NCBI GenBank assembly: GCA_963737905.1
Contig: CAVTUQ010000039.1
Location: forward strand, 82,800-146,799
Direction of reading: 5' to 3'
Origin: an uncultured delta proteobacterium
GTDB taxonomy: Bacteria > Desulfobacterota > Binatia > UBA9968
DNA length: 64,000 nt
Shown here: positions 58,738 through 64,000 of the stretch, piece after piece
How positions within the stretch are numbered: position 1 is the first letter of the stretch
How the letters are laid out: every line of letters begins with the position of its first letter
Position numbers and translations under genes: made by a program
The notes under the pieces: model-generated
Databases searched by the model: none
What the model was told of the DNA's origin: nothing
The model's input: the letters and a program-made list of their open reading frames with translations, nothing else

Positions 58738-59580
58738 TCAAGCGGCCCGCAAAGCATAGTTGATCTCGATCCGTTCGGCTCTATAGAAGTCTTGCAAGAA
58801 TTCCTCCTGGCTCGTGTAGCGGCGATTCGGTACCAGACGTCCCTGAAACGAGACCATCAAAGGCGACACGTCAAACGGGAAAGGGCCCACGATGGCTTCC
58901 TTTTCATTTTGAATATCCACGGTCAGGGTAACATCCTCAAGGCCCGGCGCCACGGGGACAGGAATGTTGCTCAACGTATTCGTGGGACCGTTCTTCCTTG
59001 CCTGGCTATTGAATGGATACCGGTTACAGACAAACTGGGCGAACTGATCGAAAACTTCCATCAGCTTGAAGTTTGTCCAAAGATGCGTGTCGTCGGTTGC
59101 GTCTTGCAATGCCGAATCTTTTTGCAGCCCTTGCAGCCATTGGGGGCGCAATTTTTTCTGCTCCGCGATGAATTCCTGGACGGCCGGATCGCCGGTGTAG
59201 TCGGGCATTGAAGGTAAGAGCCCCATGCCTCGAGTTAGAAGCGCTTCGCCGTGCATCGAAACATAGTACGCGGCGTAGAGATCCCGCGCCGCCAAACGCT
59301 CGATGGCACGGCGGTAAAGGTTCAGCCAAACACCTTGACCGAGGTGTTTGATGCTCCCTATGTAATCCGACGGGCAACCTTGCTCGTTGAGAGTTGGTTT
59401 GATCTCCCAATCCCACCAACCACTGTCATGCTCTTGGGCGGCGAGCACCATCGACGCAAATGGATTGAGCCTGGCAAATGTATCGTTACCCCAATGAGCA
59501 GCTAAAAGTCCCGCAATGCGCGAGTGATCGGTTTGAAGGACCAATACTACGAAAGACTCATTATATGGACAAACTATCAT
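58738..59580 (-). CDS. DUF3891 family protein
   Basis: MIV...QTDHSRIAGLLAAHWGN...EHDSGW..WE..P...SMH pattern; RBS AAGGAAGGA. Confidence 0.75.
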   Translation of the reverse strand: MIVCPYNESFVVLVLQTDHSRIAGLLAAHWGNDTFARLNPFASMVLAAQEHDSGWWDWEIKPTLNEQGCPSDYIGSIKHLGQGVWLNLYRRAIERLAARDLYAAYYVSMHGEALLTRGMGLLPSMPDYTGDPAVQEFIAEQKKLRPQWLQGLQKDSALQDATDDTHLWTNFKLMEVFDQFAQFVCNRYPFNSQARKNGPTNTLSNIPVPVAPGLEDVTLTVDIQNEKEAIVGPFPFDVSPLMVSFQGRLVPNRRYTSQEEFLQDFYRAERIEINYALRAA

Positions 59581-59739
59581 ACAGCGATCCTTCCTTTGTC
59601 CGGTTGAAAACCGTTCTCAACGCTTTAGTTATACCCAATAAAGGCGGTTGTCTAATATATAAATTTGATGGGAGGAATGGAATTCTACGAAATAACCGTG
59701 TCGAGACTTCGTTACGATTCTCCGATCGCGAGCGCCCGT

Positions 59740-59880
59740 TGATCGTTGTCAGAAATCGCGCGGGTTAAAGGCCACGAAATCGACGATGCTCTTGCCAACA
59801 ATCCGCAGCCTTTATCCTTTTGGACCTCGAATGCAGCCCTCCGAATTCTTCGGCACGGCCTGACTCTGTGAAACGGCCAG
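59740..59880 (-). pseudogene. Degraded 5' fragment of a DUF1989 gene
   Basis: DNA closely similar to 45689-45780 (ggttaaaggccacgaaatcgac.atgctcttgcc...atccgcagcct). Encodes RLRIVGKSIVDFVAFN but has CTG in place of ATG, indels and stops. Confidence 0.75.
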
Positions 59881-60082
59881 CTAAGACTCCTTTCACCACA
59901 CGCCTGCCAAGCAGGCAGATTTTTCCACCCTCGCGACCGCACGTCAACCGCAGAACAGAGCAAATTGCCGTGATGATGATGTTTGGAAGAGAAATTAAAC
60001 AATGATAAAAGTGTCTATCAAAAGATTTCTGCCAGCTGGCTAACGCAAACAAAAGATTTGTCTTTACAGCCGACTACTCGCA

Positions 60083-62056
60083 TTGATTCATCCGCAAACC
60101 GAAATGAAATTACCTGTGTGGCATCTTGATATGCACCAGCCGCCCTATGGGCTCCGTCTGTTGACCGGCGGAGCCCTGGCTTTGATCTTGGACGTGTCGA
60201 TTTGTTATGGGGTATCTGCCACTAGCTTTACAACCGCGACGGCCAATCTGCTTGGCTTCTCTTTGGGAACGCTTTTGGGTTACGCGCTGATCGCACGAGG
60301 AATATTCGCGCACACTTCTAGCGCCGATCATCTGCCCGTCCGAGTTCTCATTGGCCGTTTCCTCATCATTTTTTTCCTGGCGCTCTTTTTTCGCGGCATT
60401 CTTTTTGTCCATCTATTGGAAACGTCGCATTGGCAACTTCACGCCGCCATTCTCGCGGCAGCTTTCGCGGGGCATCTCCTCCAGCTCTTTGGCGTGATAA
60501 CGATCGTTTTTGCTCCGGGTTCGTGGATAACTCCATCGGCGGATCATTGGCGACGACTCGCCATCGCGGTTGTCACTTATACCGTTGCGTTGAAGCTAGC
60601 CGCCATGGGTCCGGTGAATTTGATCCCCGAGGAAGCCTACTATTGGAACTACGCGCAGCACTTGGACTTGGGCTATCTGGATCACCCGCCGATGGTTGCC
60701 TGGCTTATCTGGATCTCGACGTCGTTGTTCGGCAAATCAGAGTTCTCCGTTCGTCTACCAGCGTTGATCGCCTGGACCTTTGCGGCTGGATTCATGTTCC
60801 GTTTGACCGCCATCGCCTGCGACAGGAACAGTGCGTTCCGTTCTCTTTTGCTGATGGCCGTCTTGCCATTCTATTTTGGCTTTGGCTTTTTTATGACCCC
60901 TGACACGCCGCTGCTCGCCGCGTGGGCGGGCTGTCTCTATTATCTGTACCGCGCCCTGATCGCGCAAAGCCGTAGCGCCTGGTGGGGCGCGAGTGTATGC
61001 ATGGGGGTGGGGTTACTGTCAAAATACACAATCTTGTTATTGGCGTTAGCTACCGCGGGTTATCTGCTCGTTGATCGACGATCCAGGCAATGGTGGGCTC
61101 GCACGGAACCTTATCTCGCGGCCCTTCTTTCGGCTGCCATTTTTTTGCCGGTACTTATCTGGAACGCCAGGCAGGGATGGGCCTCGTTCGTCTTCCAGGG
61201 CCCGCGTCGTTGGTCAGACGATTTTGATTTTTCGCTGACTTTCTTGATGGGCTCCATTCTGCTGGTGCTCACTCCTGTGGGTCTGATCGCAGTCGCCCGG
61301 GCTCTTCGGCCACAGCCGGCGGACATTACCGGACCGGAGAAACTGGAGTCTCGACGTCAACGGTTGTTTGGCTCGATGTTTACTGTCGTGCCACTATCCG
61401 TGTTTTTGCTCTTTAGCTTCTTCCACGAACCCAAACTCAACTGGACCGCCCCCATCTGGCTGGCGATTATTCCGTGGGTAGCGCAAAGTATGGGACCGGA
61501 GGCTAGACCCACCGGAAAGATCTTCGCGTTCGTGCAGCGACTTTGGGTCCCGACCCTAGCAGCGCTCCTTCTCATAGTCAGCGTCGGGTTCTACTATATC
61601 TATTTAGGCCTGCCGTGGGTGGGCGCGATGGCGGAAGGGCGGCTCTTCGGACCGTGGAAAATGTTGGGAACGAAAGTCGATGCGCTCCAGCGAAAGATCG
61701 AGGTTGAAACGGGCACCAAACCTCTAGTCGTCGGAATGGATCGGTATCTGATTACCAGCGAGCTGGCTTTCTACGATCAACTGGACGGCGATAGATTCAA
61801 AAATGCCGGAGGAACTCACTTTTTCGGCGGTCAAAGCCTTATGTGGGAGTATTGGTTTCCTAGCTCGGCTCAAGTCGGCAGAACCATCATCATGGTAGAT
61901 TTGCGCGCCGAGAGACTGGCAAAGCGTCCCTATCATGAGTTTTTTGAGCGTATCAGCGACATCTTCACGGAAACTCTGGAGATTAACGGGCGAGACGTCG
62001 GCCAACTTTACTGGCGCATCGGCTATGGCTACCGAGGCGAAGAGCCGGCCGGCTGA
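60083..62056 (+). CDS. GtrA-like domain fused to a glycosyltransferase family 39 (ArnT/PMT-like) membrane protein
   Basis: N-terminal 4-TM GtrA-like block, then PEEAYYWNYAQHLDLGYLDHPPMVAW, TPDTPL, GLLSKYT, PVLIWN. Start uncertain. Confidence 0.85.
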   Translation: MIHPQTEMKLPVWHLDMHQPPYGLRLLTGGALALILDVSICYGVSATSFTTATANLLGFSLGTLLGYALIARGIFAHTSSADHLPVRVLIGRFLIIFFLALFFRGILFVHLLETSHWQLHAAILAAAFAGHLLQLFGVITIVFAPGSWITPSADHWRRLAIAVVTYTVALKLAAMGPVNLIPEEAYYWNYAQHLDLGYLDHPPMVAWLIWISTSLFGKSEFSVRLPALIAWTFAAGFMFRLTAIACDRNSAFRSLLLMAVLPFYFGFGFFMTPDTPLLAAWAGCLYYLYRALIAQSRSAWWGASVCMGVGLLSKYTILLLALATAGYLLVDRRSRQWWARTEPYLAALLSAAIFLPVLIWNARQGWASFVFQGPRRWSDDFDFSLTFLMGSILLVLTPVGLIAVARALRPQPADITGPEKLESRRQRLFGSMFTVVPLSVFLLFSFFHEPKLNWTAPIWLAIIPWVAQSMGPEARPTGKIFAFVQRLWVPTLAALLLIVSVGFYYIYLGLPWVGAMAEGRLFGPWKMLGTKVDALQRKIEVETGTKPLVVGMDRYLITSELAFYDQLDGDRFKNAGGTHFFGGQSLMWEYWFPSSAQVGRTIIMVDLRAERLAKRPYHEFFERISDIFTETLEINGRDVGQLYWRIGYGYRGEEPAG

Positions 62057-62115
62057 AATCTGCGCGCGCGTGTCTTCAAAGATGCCCAGACCGCTTCCGT
62101 TCTTGAGTATGCAGC

Positions 62116-63939
62116 TCATCCCTTCTTAAAATAAATCCGCCCCCAGTTCGAGGTGATTCGCTGATTGAAGAGCCGAAAGTTTTCTACCACCGCGCTCTGC
62201 TCGTTCAGCAGGTCGTCCCAACGTCCATTCACGGAAAAGGGAATATCGACGAACTGGTCAAAATCCGAATAGTTGATCACGATAATGAATCGTTCGAACT
62301 GACCATCGCCCGCCGAACCGTAGCGGTGAAACACAACGACGGCCTTTTCCGGAAAGCTGCCATAACCGTCGGGATCATTGAACGGAAACGGAAAGAAATT
62401 AGGCGACCGCAACGAAGGATGATCTTTCCGAATCCGGATGAGTCTTTTGTAAACGGCATAAAGACGGCTTCCCTCGAAATCGACGCCGTGAGAGTTCCAG
62501 CGTAGGGGCCGGGGCTGCACCCGCTCCGGTCCTTCCGACGGCAGGAAATAGTCCTCGCCGAACTCCTGGCCATTGTGCAGCAGGGCAATTCCGGGAGAGG
62601 TCAAGAGCGCGATGGCCGCCGGCTGTGCCTTGAACCACCGGCCGCGGCCCCCGGCTTCGCGCACAATGGTTGAGTGATCGTGGTTTTCGATGTAGGTCAC
62701 AGGGCCCTTTCCCTGGGCGTAGTCGAAATTGCTGTTTAAGATTCTCAGAATCTCGGCGTCGATATTTCCGTTGCGGGCGTAATCAAAGGATTTGAACATG
62801 AAAGGATCCAGCCAACAGCCATCCGCGCAAATCTGATTGGTATCGTCGATAGCATCAAACCGGTTGTCCGTGAGGTGCTCCAGCATGAGGGCCATATTGC
62901 CCCTGCCCTCCCGGGCGAGACGCGCCTTGAGGTCAGAGACCAACTTGGTAATGCCCACGTTTGGGTTTCCTTCCTCGAAAAACCCCAAGGTGAAATCAAA
63001 GCGGATACCGTCGATCTGAAAAGCGTCCAACCAATACCCGCACACGTCCCGTATGAACTCCTCGACACAACCGTTATGGTAATCGAACTCCTCAAAGAAC
63101 CCGCCTTTTGCGAACGCCCCGATGTAAGGTGAGTCCGCCGGATTCATGTAAAGCCAGAGGTAGGGAAATCCGTGATTGGGATCCATCCCGGCCCTCACGT
63201 GATTAAAGACACCGTCCATGACGACGTGCATGTTCCGGGCATGCAGCTCGTTTACGAGCGTCTGGAGCCTGAAGAGTTTGTCCGCCGGACTCGTTGGATC
63301 GTGGATGTAGCGATATTCCACCGCGAAAAACTGGACGGGGTCGTATCCCCAACTGAAGTCTCCACCGGGCCAGGAAGTCCAGGGCATAAACTCGATCCCA
63401 TTGACGCCGAGCTCCTGCAGGTAGTCCAGTTTGTCTCTGACCGCGTCGACGGGAGCCCGATTACCGCGAAACTCGCTGGTGAAGTCATCGATCATCAACT
63501 CGTAGAGGACCAGGTCCCCAGGCGGCAACCGGTGCGGCATCGGATTGACGGCCGTGCTTTGGCCGCCGATGGCGAAGCCTGCGTTTTCATGTTCATCGGC
63601 TCCGCCGTATTTAGTACAGGGGTCGCCGCACCAGCGCGTCGTTTCGTTCTCGAACGTAACGAAATACTTATACTGGTAGAATCCCTCGGGAAGGGCTTGA
63701 TTGATCTTGCAGGTATAAAGCCAACCCTTGGGGTGCGGATTCTTTGCCATCAGGGGGGCCGTGGCTAATTCCCAGTCCTGCCCACCGATATGGCTTTGAA
63801 AGTCGCCTCTGACCCTAATCTCCTTGATCTTGGGAAGACCTCCGCGCACATATTGCGTAGCGTCTATTGTGTTGTCAGGGAAGAAAAGTTTGAACTCGAC
63901 CTTATCTTGATCGACAACCGCGCCAAATTGCTCGTACAT
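62116..63939 (-). CDS. GH13 alpha-amylase family glycoside hydrolase with N-terminal CBM48-like domain
   Basis: LYEL.I.DF, LDYLQELGVN.IE.MP, WGYDP, DGVFNH, and catalytic DGIRFD / MLEH / ENHD. Confidence 0.93.
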   Translation of the reverse strand: MYEQFGAVVDQDKVEFKLFFPDNTIDATQYVRGGLPKIKEIRVRGDFQSHIGGQDWELATAPLMAKNPHPKGWLYTCKINQALPEGFYQYKYFVTFENETTRWCGDPCTKYGGADEHENAGFAIGGQSTAVNPMPHRLPPGDLVLYELMIDDFTSEFRGNRAPVDAVRDKLDYLQELGVNGIEFMPWTSWPGGDFSWGYDPVQFFAVEYRYIHDPTSPADKLFRLQTLVNELHARNMHVVMDGVFNHVRAGMDPNHGFPYLWLYMNPADSPYIGAFAKGGFFEEFDYHNGCVEEFIRDVCGYWLDAFQIDGIRFDFTLGFFEEGNPNVGITKLVSDLKARLAREGRGNMALMLEHLTDNRFDAIDDTNQICADGCWLDPFMFKSFDYARNGNIDAEILRILNSNFDYAQGKGPVTYIENHDHSTIVREAGGRGRWFKAQPAAIALLTSPGIALLHNGQEFGEDYFLPSEGPERVQPRPLRWNSHGVDFEGSRLYAVYKRLIRIRKDHPSLRSPNFFPFPFNDPDGYGSFPEKAVVVFHRYGSAGDGQFERFIIVINYSDFDQFVDIPFSVNGRWDDLLNEQSAVVENFRLFNQRITSNWGRIYFKKG

Positions 63940-64000
63940 GATCGCTCCTCCTGCGCATTCGTTTACGCTCCCTGCAGATTGACGAGATTATCTTAGGAGC

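Overview
Bacterial chromosomal window of moderately high GC. The many NitT/TauT-type binding proteins and short REP-like repeats suggest Candidatus Binatia or a related soil deltaproteobacterial lineage, but that is inference. I saw no rRNA, tRNA, CRISPR array, transposase or phage gene. The left part has housekeeping and stress genes (uup, lon-Hsp20, maf, dus, grxD-bolA). It also holds a ~7 kb stretch (4.9-12.2 kb) of small orphan ORFs with four canonical sigma54 promoters; two of these small proteins share a WPxxTWFxxRL motif. A peroxiredoxin-like selenoprotein (in-frame TGA in a UxxC motif, followed by a SECIS-like hairpin; 22207-22716) is truncated in the ORF track. The right part (24.5-59.9 kb) is a large catabolic region: an Fe3+-type ABC system with two MmgE/PrpD genes, a plus-strand cluster (hydrolases, VOC protein, Ldh_2 dehydrogenase, CoA-transferase/MaoC pairs, DUF1989, four binding proteins), and a convergent ~14 kb operon (DUF3891, two UbiD, two Mo-hydroxylase large subunits, FAD and 2Fe-2S subunits, ABC transporter, DUF1989). 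About 15 single-base frameshifts between 34.5 and 58.3 kb look like long-read consensus errors rather than true decay. Family calls come from motif recognition only; no database searches were run.
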